In this document: positions 46,849 to 56,606 of the stretch, piece by piece | Layout of the letters: each line of letters begins with the position of its first letter | Numbering within the stretch: the stretch's first letter is position 1 | Assembly: GCA_964527555.1 (NCBI GenBank) | Contig: CAZGOG010000006.1 | Location: forward strand, 276-64,275 | Length of the DNA: 64,000 nucleotides | Direction of reading: 5' to 3' | DNA from: an uncultured Planctomycetia bacterium | GTDB lineage: Bacteria > Omnitrophota > Gorgyraeia > Tantalellales > Tantalellaceae | Notes under the pieces: model-generated | Database searches by the model: none | Told to the model about the DNA's origin: nothing | Seen by the model: only the letters and a program-made list of their open reading frames with translations | Program-made: the position numbers and the translations under genes

Positions 46849-47183
46849 CCCTTTAACTCCCTGATCTTTGTGATATCAAAAGTACCGTATTTTTCATAGA
46901 TCCTCATCGCGATACCCACAAGTAACGCGGTAGTCGCAAGTCCTATGACAATAGAGGTAAGCACGAGCGCCTGCGGCAGCGGGTCCACCATGTTCTTTAT
47001 TTCTTCGCCGCTTGAGAAGATAGGCGCGCGTCCATTCACTCTATAGCCCGCGAGTATGAAAAAGAGGTTAACCGCGTATTCCAGTATGATCACACCGATT
47101 ATCATCTTTATGACGTTGCGTTTTCTCACTATACAGTAAATACCGATAACGAAAAGTACCAGACACAGAAAATAAATGCTCAT
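46845..47183 (-). CDS. mnhC: Mrp subunit C (MbhG/NuoK-like)
   Basis: NVIKMIIG and DPLPQALVLTSIVIG motifs. Confidence 0.9.
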   Translation of the reverse strand: MSIYFLCLVLFVIGIYCIVRKRNVIKMIIGVIILEYAVNLFFILAGYRVNGRAPIFSSGEEIKNMVDPLPQALVLTSIVIGLATTALLVGIAMRIYEKYGTFDITKIRELKG

Positions 47184-47632
47184 TTTTTCTTCCCTACATC
47201 AAGTTTTAATAGTATCAGTGCCACAAATATCGCGAAAATCCCGGCTCCCACTTTGAAACTTATGGCAATATTGCAAAGCGGGATAATACCCGCGCTGAAA
47301 AGCCTGAAAGGCTCACCTTTCGGTATAAAATTCAAAAAGAAATATCCTCCCGTAAAACCTAAAAGCGCTATAGAGAGAAATAGTATCGCGCCGGTACTTT
47401 CCCAGATGGAGGCTCGTGCCTCGGAAAGCTTCTTAAAGGCGACTTCTTTACCATATGCCAGTATTAGGTGTATAAAAGACAGCGCAATGATAACACCGCC
47501 GGCAAAACCGCCTCCCGGTGAAAGATGCCCGTGAGTGACGATATAAACCCCGTAAAGAAAGATGATCCCTACCGTTAGACGCGTGATCGTCTTGACTATA
47601 AGCGACATGCCTTTTTCATGTTCCCTACTCAT
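47180..47632 (-). CDS. mnhB: Mrp subunit B (MbhF-like)
   Basis: HGHLSPGGGFAGG and SAGIIPLCNIAISFKV motifs. Confidence 0.9.
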   Translation of the reverse strand: MSREHEKGMSLIVKTITRLTVGIIFLYGVYIVTHGHLSPGGGFAGGVIIALSFIHLILAYGKEVAFKKLSEARASIWESTGAILFLSIALLGFTGGYFFLNFIPKGEPFRLFSAGIIPLCNIAISFKVGAGIFAIFVALILLKLDVGKKK

Positions 47633-48173
47633 CGCTTGCTTTTACCTCTTCTCCTGCTTTTTTTCTGCCAATGCGTCTTACAATCGCCAGAACCCCTATA
47701 ACAGCGGTAAACAGAATCGTCGCCTCACCCAGCGTATCGTAAGCCCTGAAGTCCAATATGACGGAAGAGACAAGGTTGACAGCTCCCGTTTTTGGAAGAC
47801 CTTCCGCCAGATATGTCTTAGCTACCCGCATCGCCGGATATCCGAACTCGGGCAGATCCTTAAGGCATTTCATGGCTACCGCCATAAACAAAACTATGAA
47901 ACATGCTGTAATAAGAGTGTTTAAAAACCACCTGCCGGTCGTTGAAAACGGAAGATCCTTCTTAAGCGTCGCTCTTATAAGGATTATGAGCGCCAGTATC
48001 TCTACCACAAGCTGCGTAATAGCCACGTCCGGCGCTTTGAGTATCAAGAACACTATGGAAAGCGCCAAACCGACCGCACCTACCGCTATAACAGCCGAAA
48101 GCAGGTCTTTTAGCTCGATCGCGACGATCGCGCCTATAATCATCAAAACAAGTAAAACGTAAAGCTCTACCAT
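47625..48173 (-). CDS. MbhD+MbhE-like fused membrane subunit (DUF4040/MnhB-related)
   Basis: LKAPDVAITQ and N.VSSVILDFRAYDTLGEA motifs. Confidence 0.85.
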   Translation of the reverse strand: MVELYVLLVLMIIGAIVAIELKDLLSAVIAVGAVGLALSIVFLILKAPDVAITQLVVEILALIILIRATLKKDLPFSTTGRWFLNTLITACFIVLFMAVAMKCLKDLPEFGYPAMRVAKTYLAEGLPKTGAVNLVSSVILDFRAYDTLGEATILFTAVIGVLAIVRRIGRKKAGEEVKASDE

Positions 48174-48180
48174 ACTCTTC

Positions 48181-49821
48181 CTACTTCAAAAGAATATAAA
48201 AAAGGACACCCATCCCCAATAAACACCAGGCCAGATACGTAAGAAGCACGCCGTTATGGATATATCGCAGCACTTTATTGAATCCAAGCGTAATTTTAAC
48301 ACCGACCTCATATATATCAAATACTTTTCTCCCGGCAAGCCGGTAGATAAACTGCAAAACGCCTATGTCTCTGATGGTGTCGTAAAACTCGGTCCCGGAA
48401 GGTCGCATCTCCGGATGCTTTTCCAGAATCTCCCCGCCTACAAAAGGTTCAGCGGTCCTCGTCTTAAAAGCAGTGCCTGCCAGATAGATCAAAAATCCTA
48501 TTATAACGCCTACGATTATAAGAGCGGTAGCCAGTCCCGAACTCCATATACCGGTAAAGTTCGCTGCGCCCCCCAGGCTCGGGAATATGAACATCTTAAG
48601 CGGCACCTGGTAAGCAAAAATACCGAAAATAACACACAGTGCCGCTAATATCACCGAGGGGACCCACATGGTAGAACCTGCTTCGCCTTTAAGCTTTTTC
48701 CTGCCGGAGGCGGGCCTTCCCAGAAAAACGGCATGCACTAGTTTCATGAAACTTGCCAGTGTAAGGGCGCTGCCGAACATCGCCGCGACGATCCATACTA
48801 CCCAGAACTTATCCCCTGCTTTAGCCGAGTCTATTATCCCCTGGTAAATCATCCATTTGGAAGCAAATCCGTTAAAAGGCGGTACGCCTGAAATGGAAAA
48901 AGCGGCTATTAAAAACGCTACAAAAGTTATGGGCATAACCCTCGCAAAACCCCCGAGTTTTCCCAGGTCAACGGTACCCGCTTTCTTCTCGACCGATCCG
49001 CCCGAGAAAAACAGGCAGGATTTATAAATCGCATTATTGAGCATGTGAAACACACCGCCGGCAATACCGATGGGGTTACCCGTACCTATACCCAGAACCA
49101 TGTACCCGACCTGGCTTACGGCGTGATACCCCAAGAGCCTTTTCATGTCGTGCTGGATAAGCGCCATCATTACCGCGGCAACTATCGTGACGCTTCCCAT
49201 TACCATCAAAAAGGTGTTCATGCCCTTATCCATCTGGAAGACATCAAGAGAGATTCTCGCAAGAAAATATATGCCTAACAGTTTATCCAAAGAAGCCGGC
49301 AGAAACGCAGTCACAGAAGTCGGGGCGTCTTCCGCGACATCAGGTACCCATGTATGGAAAGGCATGGCGCCTGCTTTTGCGAACGCGCCCGAAGCCAGAC
49401 ATAGATACGCCAGGACTGCAGCTTTAGTATTAAGAGCAATACTCATCTTGTCTATCTCGAAAGTCCCCGTAAGATGCCAGATGATACCAAGCCCCAGGAG
49501 CATAAAAGCATCCGTACCGCCGATTATGATAAAAGTTTTTTTAGCCGTGTAGGCGGCACTATCTTTCCGGCTAAAACCGATCAAAAGATAAAGTAAAAGC
49601 GCCAAAAATCCCCAGAAAACTATAAAAAGCACCAGATTGTTGGAAAAGACCGCTCCTAAAGAAGCTAAAAACGTAAGGATGATATAGCTGTAGTAGCGCA
49701 GTAAACCTTTCCTTCCGCGCATAAAACCGATGGAGTAGAGAATCGTCAGAGCGGAGAACACGCTGACGAATATCGCTACAAAAATCGACAAATTATCTAA
49801 TCTAAAGAGTCCATCCGTCAC
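48181..49821 (-). CDS. Second antiporter-like subunit (MrpA/NuoL/HyfB-like)
   Basis: KAGAMPFHTW.PD, KRLLGYHAVSQVGY and GVPPFNGFASKW motifs; GTG start directly after the previous stop. Confidence 0.88.
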   Translation of the reverse strand: MTDGLFRLDNLSIFVAIFVSVFSALTILYSIGFMRGRKGLLRYYSYIILTFLASLGAVFSNNLVLFIVFWGFLALLLYLLIGFSRKDSAAYTAKKTFIIIGGTDAFMLLGLGIIWHLTGTFEIDKMSIALNTKAAVLAYLCLASGAFAKAGAMPFHTWVPDVAEDAPTSVTAFLPASLDKLLGIYFLARISLDVFQMDKGMNTFLMVMGSVTIVAAVMMALIQHDMKRLLGYHAVSQVGYMVLGIGTGNPIGIAGGVFHMLNNAIYKSCLFFSGGSVEKKAGTVDLGKLGGFARVMPITFVAFLIAAFSISGVPPFNGFASKWMIYQGIIDSAKAGDKFWVVWIVAAMFGSALTLASFMKLVHAVFLGRPASGRKKLKGEAGSTMWVPSVILAALCVIFGIFAYQVPLKMFIFPSLGGAANFTGIWSSGLATALIIVGVIIGFLIYLAGTAFKTRTAEPFVGGEILEKHPEMRPSGTEFYDTIRDIGVLQFIYRLAGRKVFDIYEVGVKITLGFNKVLRYIHNGVLLTYLAWCLLGMGVLFYILLK

Positions 49822-50430
49822 TTAGCTGCTCTCCTTTGATACCCTTGCGATGTTCGTGCAATGACGGGCTATGTTACCCGTGAAATCCAACATATCAAAA
49901 TACATGTTCGACGCTCGCGCCTGGCATATACCTTTAGTAAGGCGTTCAAGATGCGCACTTCTTGCCTTTTCAACCAGTTTCTTGATCACGTCTCCATTGG
50001 CCAGGATCTCGTCTAAAAGTCCCGGATTCCCGGTATTTAGAAATTTCACTAAGAGGTCCACTGACTTTTTCATCGTATTAAACACTTCTTTATATTGGGA
50101 TGAACCTTCTTCGCTGAACTGGAGCCTGTCTGAAATTTTGATCTCAATACGCTCAACCAGAGAACGAAACTCATCCCCCATACGTTCCAGGTTCTGGGCG
50201 ATCTGCCCCCAAACGACAAGTTTTTTCTTGGCGGCCTCATCGAGTTTTTTGGAAAGCGCCACGATATCGGCAATGATCTCCTCTTCGATAGCGTCCAGTT
50301 CTCGTTCTTTGCCGAGAACACCGTCAAGTATATGTATATCGTTTTTATCAAGACCGCTGTATGTGATATCTACCATCTCTTTAACGATCGCGGCCATCTC
50401 CCGGGCTGATTTTTTTATTTTGTCGTTCAT
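49822..50430 (-). CDS. Stand-alone PhoU-domain protein (like the cytoplasmic domain of Na/Pi cotransporters)
   Basis: ERELDAIE, NLERMGD and HLERL..G.C...YFDML...NIARHC.NI duplicated helical-bundle pattern. Confidence 0.75.
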   Translation of the reverse strand: MNDKIKKSAREMAAIVKEMVDITYSGLDKNDIHILDGVLGKERELDAIEEEIIADIVALSKKLDEAAKKKLVVWGQIAQNLERMGDEFRSLVERIEIKISDRLQFSEEGSSQYKEVFNTMKKSVDLLVKFLNTGNPGLLDEILANGDVIKKLVEKARSAHLERLTKGICQARASNMYFDMLDFTGNIARHCTNIARVSKESS

Positions 50431-51605
50431 CTTTTCCCCCGTCTGATCCTTTCGGTCTTCTCCTGTGAAAGCCTGATAAGCTCTTCACCGTTATAAAGCT
50501 TCTTTCCTTTAATATCCCGCACGGCCATCCTTTCCGTGCAACAATAACACGGGTCTATAGCTGCCAGGATAATCGTAGTATCGGCAATAGTCTCGCCTAT
50601 CACAGTAGACTTATAAGTCGGCAGATTCATAAAGGTCGGGGCCCTTACCTTGTGCCTCTCAGGGCTGTTAGTACCGTCGCTCCTCACATAATGAAACGTC
50701 TCGCCCCTGGGGGCCTCGATGTGGCCTATACCTTCTCCCGGGGGGATGCTTTTGATATTGGCGTCTATTTCCCCCGATGGAAGGTTTTTAAGGCAGTACT
50801 TCATTATCTTATGGGACTCGAACATCTCAAGCACTCTTACAACAACCTTATCAAAAACATCCCCGGTTTCGGTGACTATCATATCCCAGTCTAATCTGTC
50901 ATAAGCTCCATAGGGAGAATCTTTTCGAACGTCCCTGGCGACTCCGGAAGCACGTGAAGTGGGACCCAAAGCAGAATAGTCTATGGCTTCTTCCTTTGTA
51001 AGAATACCTACGCCTTTCGTCCGCGCGTGCAGTACCGGGTCATCCATAACGGCTTTCCTTAGCATCTCAAGCGTAGGGACGATAGAATCTATTTTCTTTA
51101 TAGACGCCTCAATATCCTCAGGGGCAAAATCCCTCCTTACCCCGCCCGGTTTAAACATCGCATAGTTATTTCTGTTGCCGGAAAGTATCTCCATGACGTC
51201 CAGGATCTCTTCCCGGAGTTTCCAGGCCCACATGTAAACGGTATTATAACCCAAGAAATGCCCCGCAAGACCAAGCCATAAAAGATGAGAGTGCAGCCTT
51301 TCCCCTTCAGCGATCACGGTCCTTATGAACTTGGCTCTTTCGGGCACTTCCATCGGGATGATATCCTCAACCGCCCTCGTATAAGCATAGGGATGGCTTG
51401 TCGAGCATATGCCGCAGATCCTTTCAATAACAAAAGTGGACTGATCAAACGTCTTCATCTCGGACAGTTTCTCTATACCCCTATGGTTATACCCGACCTG
51501 GACGTCGACATCTACTACTTTCTCACCTTCTACCGTAAGGGTGAAAAACTCGGGTTCCTCCTGCAGCGGGTGATACGGTCCTATTGGTACAATTGTTTTC
51601 GCCAT
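50427..51605 (-). CDS. Group 4 [NiFe] hydrogenase large subunit (MbhL/EchE-like)
   Basis: GYNHRGIE, L1 ERICGIC, EAPRGE, L2 DPCYCCTER plus cleavable C-terminal extension; start MAKTIVPIGP at 51605. Confidence 0.93.
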   Translation of the reverse strand: MAKTIVPIGPYHPLQEEPEFFTLTVEGEKVVDVDVQVGYNHRGIEKLSEMKTFDQSTFVIERICGICSTSHPYAYTRAVEDIIPMEVPERAKFIRTVIAEGERLHSHLLWLGLAGHFLGYNTVYMWAWKLREEILDVMEILSGNRNNYAMFKPGGVRRDFAPEDIEASIKKIDSIVPTLEMLRKAVMDDPVLHARTKGVGILTKEEAIDYSALGPTSRASGVARDVRKDSPYGAYDRLDWDMIVTETGDVFDKVVVRVLEMFESHKIMKYCLKNLPSGEIDANIKSIPPGEGIGHIEAPRGETFHYVRSDGTNSPERHKVRAPTFMNLPTYKSTVIGETIADTTIILAAIDPCYCCTERMAVRDIKGKKLYNGEELIRLSQEKTERIRRGKR

Positions 51606-51609
51606 TTTT

Positions 51610-52104
51610 TTATTTTGGTTTTTTGTTTTTTTCGATGCCACGATCCCTGACAGCTTGCGGATCCCATTCTTCATAATCTGCCCTGAGCGGGTAAACCCCT
51701 TCGGGCCAGTCCTCCGGAAGGAGAAGCCTCCTGAGATCGGGGTGCCCCTTAAAATTAACGCCTAAAAGTTCATGTATCTCTCTTTCTATCCAGTCCGCGG
51801 CCTTGAAATGCGGCGCTAAAGAATCTATCTCAAGCTTGTCTTTTGCCAGCTTCACCCGTAGTGAAATCAATAGATTTATGTCCTCGACAGTGAAATGATA
51901 CAGGATCTCTATATAGTCCCGTGCGTCCCTTCCCGTAGCTATGTTAAAACGCGCTTTCTGGTCCTTGAAAATATAAGTGGCCACCTTGACCAAGGATTTC
52001 GGCTTGATCTCGATGTACACTCTTTTCCGGGTCTTATCGAAAATATCGATAATATCTGCCTTGAACTTCTTCGTGAGATCTTTTAATATTTCTTCTCGAT
52101 TCAT
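51610..52104 (-). CDS. NuoC/MbhK-like hydrogenase subunit
   Basis: EILYHF and WIEREIHELLGVNFKGHPDLRRLLLP motifs. Confidence 0.9.
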   Translation of the reverse strand: MNREEILKDLTKKFKADIIDIFDKTRKRVYIEIKPKSLVKVATYIFKDQKARFNIATGRDARDYIEILYHFTVEDINLLISLRVKLAKDKLEIDSLAPHFKAADWIEREIHELLGVNFKGHPDLRRLLLPEDWPEGVYPLRADYEEWDPQAVRDRGIEKNKKPK

Positions 52105-52542
52105 CTATTTAGTTTCCCGGCTTTTTGCCTTGACCTTTTCTATTAGTTTCACCACACCCGCTATTATAGCTTCCGGTTTCGGCGGGCAACCCGGAATGTA
52201 AGCATCAACGGGGATTATTTTATCAAGCGGCACGGGACAGTTGTAGCTGTGTATGAACATGCCGCGCGACAGTGAACACTCACCTATGGCGACTACGAGA
52301 CACGGTTTCGGGGCCTGCTCATAAAGCCTCTTAAGTCTTTTCGCCGATTTCCTGTTACAGGACCCCGTAATAAGAAGAACGTCGGCGTGTTTAATGCTCG
52401 GGGCCAGAAGCATCCCGAACCTCTCTATGTCAAACCTGGGCGTAAGACAATCGAGCACTTCGATATCGCAGTTATTACAGCTTCCCGTGGAAAGGTGGAA
52501 CACCCACGGAGATTTTAGCAACGCTTTTAGTTTCATGCTCAT
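52105..52542 (-). CDS. Hydrogenase small subunit (MbhJ/NuoB-like)
   Basis: GSCNNCDIE, ADVLLITG, AIGEC and IPGCPP motifs. Confidence 0.92.
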   Translation of the reverse strand: MSMKLKALLKSPWVFHLSTGSCNNCDIEVLDCLTPRFDIERFGMLLAPSIKHADVLLITGSCNRKSAKRLKRLYEQAPKPCLVVAIGECSLSRGMFIHSYNCPVPLDKIIPVDAYIPGCPPKPEAIIAGVVKLIEKVKAKSRETK

Positions 52543-52544
52543 GT

Positions 52545-53468
52545 TTATCTTCCTATTAGTGCCAATACCACCGCGACTATCGCAATCACCGTCATCGGTC
52601 CCCAGAAAAACTTAACGGCCTGATCTATCCTTACCCTGGGATTCGTGTTTCTTATGACCGTTATAAGCGCCACAAGTCCTATATATTTGAGGATGCCGTA
52701 TAGAAAGTGCACTCCATCAAGTCTTAACCCGCCCATGTAAAGTATCATCAAAAAGAAAGGCAGCGTGAAAAGAAGCATGTTCTTCATGAGGCGGAAAACT
52801 GCCAAAGGCGCGCCGGAATATTCTATTAAAACTCCTCCTCCAAGCTCGGTCTCGGCTTCGGGTATATCAAACGGCACAAAAGCAAGTTTTGCCTGCACGC
52901 TCATGATCGCAACGACGAGCGCCAAAGTGCCGGATAAACTTCCCGCCACCACACCGTTTTCTGCCTGAGAAGTAAGTATGTCCCCCAGTCTGATCGCATA
53001 ATCGGATTTAATAACGGGAACCAGTACCGCAAGTACAAATGGCAGCTCATAAGCAAGTATCATCTTCATCTCACGGGAAGCGCCTATACTCGCCAGCGGG
53101 TTTGCCGAGGCAAAACCACCTATTATGATACTTATCGAGGGGATGGTAAGCAGGTATATCGCAACGATTATATCCCCCATAAAACCTTTACCCACCCATA
53201 TATCATTGACCCACAAGAGGGCTGAGACCACCATTACGCTCGATATGCCCAGAACAGGCGCCAGTAAAAACGTCTGTTTTGAGGCCCCCGCGGGGACTAA
53301 AGTCTCTTTACCCAACAGCTTGATTATATCGATAAGCGGCTGAAGAAGAGGCGGCCCCACGCGATACTGCACGCGTGCAGTGACTTTCCTGTCAATCCAG
53401 CTTGCCAGAAGCCCTATTACGGCTGTCAGTAAAAATCCAAAAAATAGCAGATAAAACACGTTTCTCAT
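52545..53468 (-). CDS. NuoH/MbhM/HycD-like membrane subunit
   Basis: RKVTARVQYRVGPP..QP..D..KL, GASRE and PFDIPEAETE motifs; start MRNVF at 53468. Confidence 0.92.
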   Translation of the reverse strand: MRNVFYLLFFGFLLTAVIGLLASWIDRKVTARVQYRVGPPLLQPLIDIIKLLGKETLVPAGASKQTFLLAPVLGISSVMVVSALLWVNDIWVGKGFMGDIIVAIYLLTIPSISIIIGGFASANPLASIGASREMKMILAYELPFVLAVLVPVIKSDYAIRLGDILTSQAENGVVAGSLSGTLALVVAIMSVQAKLAFVPFDIPEAETELGGGVLIEYSGAPLAVFRLMKNMLLFTLPFFLMILYMGGLRLDGVHFLYGILKYIGLVALITVIRNTNPRVRIDQAVKFFWGPMTVIAIVAVVLALIGR

Positions 53469-54028
53469 GCTTTTTCCCTGTCCCAATGCGTGGAATGAAC
53501 TATTATGTTGTCACCCACGAAAAAGGTGTTTTCATCGAGCGCGATATCCCCGCTTTTTAAGCTTAACGCCCCGTAAGGGCACGTCTTTATACATAACGGT
53601 TCATCTTTTTTGTCTCTTCTATCCAGGCAGAAATCACAGTTATGGACCAGATACGGTACTAGTTCAGGATAAATGGTCCCGTAAGGGCATGCATGAGAAC
53701 ATGACCCGCAGCTTATGCATCTCATGTTATGCCGCATAAGAAAATTATCCTTGTCTTCCTGCTGCTCGAGCGCCTCTACCGGACAGGAAGCGACGCAATG
53801 CGGATCTTCGCATCTCCTGCATACAAGAGCGTAAGTGGCAAGTTCCGCTACCGAAAGGATCCCGTTATTTCCGGTCTGGCGATGATAAAGATAACTGCAT
53901 TTAATTACGCATTCTTTACATTCGCCTGACGCGCAGACATCGAGGTCGATGAAGAGCCTCTTGTCTTTGCCTTTTTTGGGCTCGGTGTTTACGTTACCCT
54001 GATGCACCTGTTCCGCGCTAGTTGCCAT
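53465..54028 (-). CDS. Multi-[4Fe-4S] electron-transfer protein (HycB/CooF/DmsB-like)
   Basis: CRRCEDPHCVASCP, CISCGSCSHACP and CDFC...PLCIKTCP motifs. Confidence 0.88.
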   Translation of the reverse strand: MATSAEQVHQGNVNTEPKKGKDKRLFIDLDVCASGECKECVIKCSYLYHRQTGNNGILSVAELATYALVCRRCEDPHCVASCPVEALEQQEDKDNFLMRHNMRCISCGSCSHACPYGTIYPELVPYLVHNCDFCLDRRDKKDEPLCIKTCPYGALSLKSGDIALDENTFFVGDNIIVHSTHWDREKA

Positions 54029-54043
54029 GCTTATAAACCTCTT

Positions 54044-54880
54044 TTAATCCCAGATCCCGTGAAAGTCCTTTATCTTATCATATGTAAAGACCGGGCCGTC
54101 TTTACACGCATAATAAGTACCTAGCCTGCAGTGCCCGCATTTCCCTATACCGCAGGACATGTTCTTCTCCATGGAAAGATAGATGTTCCCTTCTTTAAAT
54201 CCCAGTTCCAAGAGCTTCATGGTCGCAAACTTCATCATTATAGGAGGACCGCAGACAACCGCGATAGCCGTAGGATAGTGCATGTCGATATCGTCCAGGA
54301 TCGTCGTGACAACTCCGACGTTACCTTTCCATTTATCGTCACCGGCATCGACCGTAAGTTTAAGGTTCAAGTCGTCCCTTTCGGCCCATTCCTCTGTCTG
54401 ATCTTTATATACCAGTTCTTTCGGGGTTTTACACCCGCCTCTAAAATAGAGTTTTTTAAATTTGCCGCTTCTATCAAAAAACTCGTACATAAGGCTTCTT
54501 AAAGGCGCGAAACCGCACCCCCCGCCTACCACTAATATCTCTTTGCCTTCGAAGTCATCCACCGGATACCCAGTTCCAAAAGGACCCCTTACCCCGATTA
54601 TATCGCCTTTTTCGAGTTCGTGGATCTTATCAGTGACTTTTCCCACCTTCATGACGCTCACTTCCATTATATCCCTGACCGAAGGTTTCGATGACGGGGT
54701 AAACGGCGCTTCCCCCACTCCGGGAATGGTTATCTCCACGAACTGACCCGTCTTAAAGGTTATCTCCTCTTCCGGCTTGAACCTTATGGTCTTTATAGTC
54801 GGGGTCTCCGTTATAACGTCAAGGACTTCCGCCTTTATGGGCCTGTATGGATTCTCGCATGGAGACTTACTTTTTGCCAT
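54044..54880 (-). CDS. FAD/NAD(P)-binding 2Fe-2S subunit (AsrB / sulfhydrogenase gamma-like)
   Basis: GQF, RGPFG.G, GGGCGFAPLR, VCGPPIMM and MSCGIGKCGHC motifs. Confidence 0.88.
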   Translation of the reverse strand: MAKSKSPCENPYRPIKAEVLDVITETPTIKTIRFKPEEEITFKTGQFVEITIPGVGEAPFTPSSKPSVRDIMEVSVMKVGKVTDKIHELEKGDIIGVRGPFGTGYPVDDFEGKEILVVGGGCGFAPLRSLMYEFFDRSGKFKKLYFRGGCKTPKELVYKDQTEEWAERDDLNLKLTVDAGDDKWKGNVGVVTTILDDIDMHYPTAIAVVCGPPIMMKFATMKLLELGFKEGNIYLSMEKNMSCGIGKCGHCRLGTYYACKDGPVFTYDKIKDFHGIWD

Positions 54881-55910
54881 CAGTATCTACCAATCTTCTT
54901 AAAACCTTTCTGATATCTATCTTCGCAGGGCATGCCGAGATGCAGCGTCCGCATCCCGTGCAAGCGTATACTTCAGAGACTTTCGGAAAAAAATCGAATT
55001 TCTTCACAAACCTGTTACGAAGGCGCTGGTAGAGTTTACCCCTGGGATTATGTCCCCCGGCGACCTTAGCGTATTCTTTCAGCATACATGAATCCCAGAT
55101 GCGCAGACGCGCCATCTTATCTTCGCTTTTCTGGTCATAGAGAAGAAAGCAGTGACATGTCGGGCATATTATGGTGCACGCTCCGCATTCGACACAGGTC
55201 TCCGCTTCGCTCGTCCATATATCGGATTCAAAGTTCCTTTCGATGATATTTTCAAATACGTCCTGACGTGGAACGTTGTTTTCCTTGATATTATTTTCGA
55301 CCTGTTTTGTGACGCTTTCCCTTACCTTGTCCCTTGCTTTAATAAGCCCGCTTGCTGCCTCCTCGAAAAAGGAAGAGTTTTTATCTATAATCTTCTTCCC
55401 CTTATCCGATCCGGCCTCAACAAGATACCCGCCTTCCGTCTCGGAAAGATTAATATCAAAATTCTCTTTCGGGTAAGGATCCACCCCCACCGCAAGGCAG
55501 AAACATGTATCGATCGCCAGGGTACAATCAGACGAGATGATGAGGTTCTCTTCCCTCAGCTTGATATAAATAGGGTCCTTGTAATCATGGTCCAGAAAGA
55601 CATGGTCCTGGATTTTAAAGCCTTTAAGGTCACATGCTTTAACGCCTACTATTGCAAAAGGTTTGTCGGCAGCGTGAGGAGCTCCTTTTTTGAAATCTTC
55701 GGCGACGACCTCTCTTGCGCGTGAGAAAAAAGCCTTAAGCGGCTCGAAGGGACGCACCTCACCTATAACGATTTTCTCGGCCTCTTTCGTATACTCTTTA
55801 TAGAAACGTTTCTCGCCCTTTTTGACGGGTACGAAAACACGGAAGTCTTCCTTTAAAGAATCCAGGAAAAGCGGAAATTTTTCACTTGATATGTGTTTTA
55901 TATCACTCAT
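54867..55910 (-). CDS. 4Fe-4S subunit (AsrA / sulfhydrogenase beta-like)
   Basis: GVKACD, TCFC, CVECGACTIICPTCHC, R.WDSC and CTGCGRCISACP motifs. Confidence 0.88.
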   Translation of the reverse strand: MSDIKHISSEKFPLFLDSLKEDFRVFVPVKKGEKRFYKEYTKEAEKIVIGEVRPFEPLKAFFSRAREVVAEDFKKGAPHAADKPFAIVGVKACDLKGFKIQDHVFLDHDYKDPIYIKLREENLIISSDCTLAIDTCFCLAVGVDPYPKENFDINLSETEGGYLVEAGSDKGKKIIDKNSSFFEEAASGLIKARDKVRESVTKQVENNIKENNVPRQDVFENIIERNFESDIWTSEAETCVECGACTIICPTCHCFLLYDQKSEDKMARLRIWDSCMLKEYAKVAGGHNPRGKLYQRLRNRFVKKFDFFPKVSEVYACTGCGRCISACPAKIDIRKVLRRLVDTDGKK

Positions 55911-55916
55911 GATGAC

Positions 55917-56546
55917 TTATTTCTTATTCACCAGGAAATACGACAGCGTTTCCAGCTCCCTTGAAAGATCAACGTCTTTTACTTTTACCTCTTCCGGCAC
56001 GTTTAAAGCGACCGGCGCGAAGTTCAGGATACATTTAACGCCTGACGAAACCAGTTTATCCGCTACGTCCTGCGCGTTCTCGGCATCAACGGTTATAACC
56101 CCTATGGATATCTTGTTAGCCGCTACCCGCTTGGCAAGTTCACTTAAGGGCTCAACCGTTATCCCTCCGAGGCGCTTGCCGATCTTACTGGCGGATGCAT
56201 CGAACGCTGCCACTATCTTTAAACCGTGTTTTTCAAATCCGGAATATGAAAGCAGCGCTGAACCCAGATGCCCCACTCCCAGCACGGCAACGTTCCAGGT
56301 CTTGTCTTTACCGAGTATTTTCTCTAAAGCTTTTTTCAGTTCGCCCGTATTATAACCCGAACCGCTTACCCCGAACTGCCCGAAATAACCGAGATCTTTT
56401 CTTACCTGCGCATCACTTAGGTTCACTTTCTCGCCCAGCTCCGCTGAAGAGATCGTTTTTATGTCCAGATCAACCAGCTCGGTGATTTTCCTCAAATATA
56501 TGAAAAGCCGTGTTATAGTGCCCTCTGGCACTTTTTTTCCGTTCAT
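55917..56546 (-). CDS. rex: Redox-sensing (NADH/NAD+) transcriptional repressor
   Basis: TITRL..Y.R, ISSAELG, QVRKDLGYFG.FG, GVGHLG and ILNFAP motifs. Confidence 0.95.
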   Translation of the reverse strand: MNGKKVPEGTITRLFIYLRKITELVDLDIKTISSAELGEKVNLSDAQVRKDLGYFGQFGVSGSGYNTGELKKALEKILGKDKTWNVAVLGVGHLGSALLSYSGFEKHGLKIVAAFDASASKIGKRLGGITVEPLSELAKRVAANKISIGVITVDAENAQDVADKLVSSGVKCILNFAPVALNVPEEVKVKDVDLSRELETLSYFLVNKK

Positions 56547-56567
56547 GGATTTTGGCTGTAATAGATT

Positions 56568-56606
56568 TTGTGATAATATTCACAAACTTCGTTCTTAAAT
56601 TCACAA
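56568..56606. promoter_or_regulatory. Rex operator: one near-consensus site plus one degenerate site
   Basis: TTGTGATAATATTCACAA at 56568-56585 versus consensus TTGTGAAnnnnTTCACAA; second site ending TTCACAA at 56606. Confidence 0.88.

Noticed and set aside
43501-53468. Respiratory complex I or Mbx/Mbs sulfane reductase
   Set aside because: The large subunit keeps both Ni-binding CxxC motifs (RICGIC, DPCYCC) and a cleavable tail, and hycI/hyp genes are in the operon.
54044-55910. Anaerobic sulfite reductase AsrABC
   Set aside because: No siroheme AsrC subunit is present. The A/B-like genes are embedded in a hydrogenase operon.
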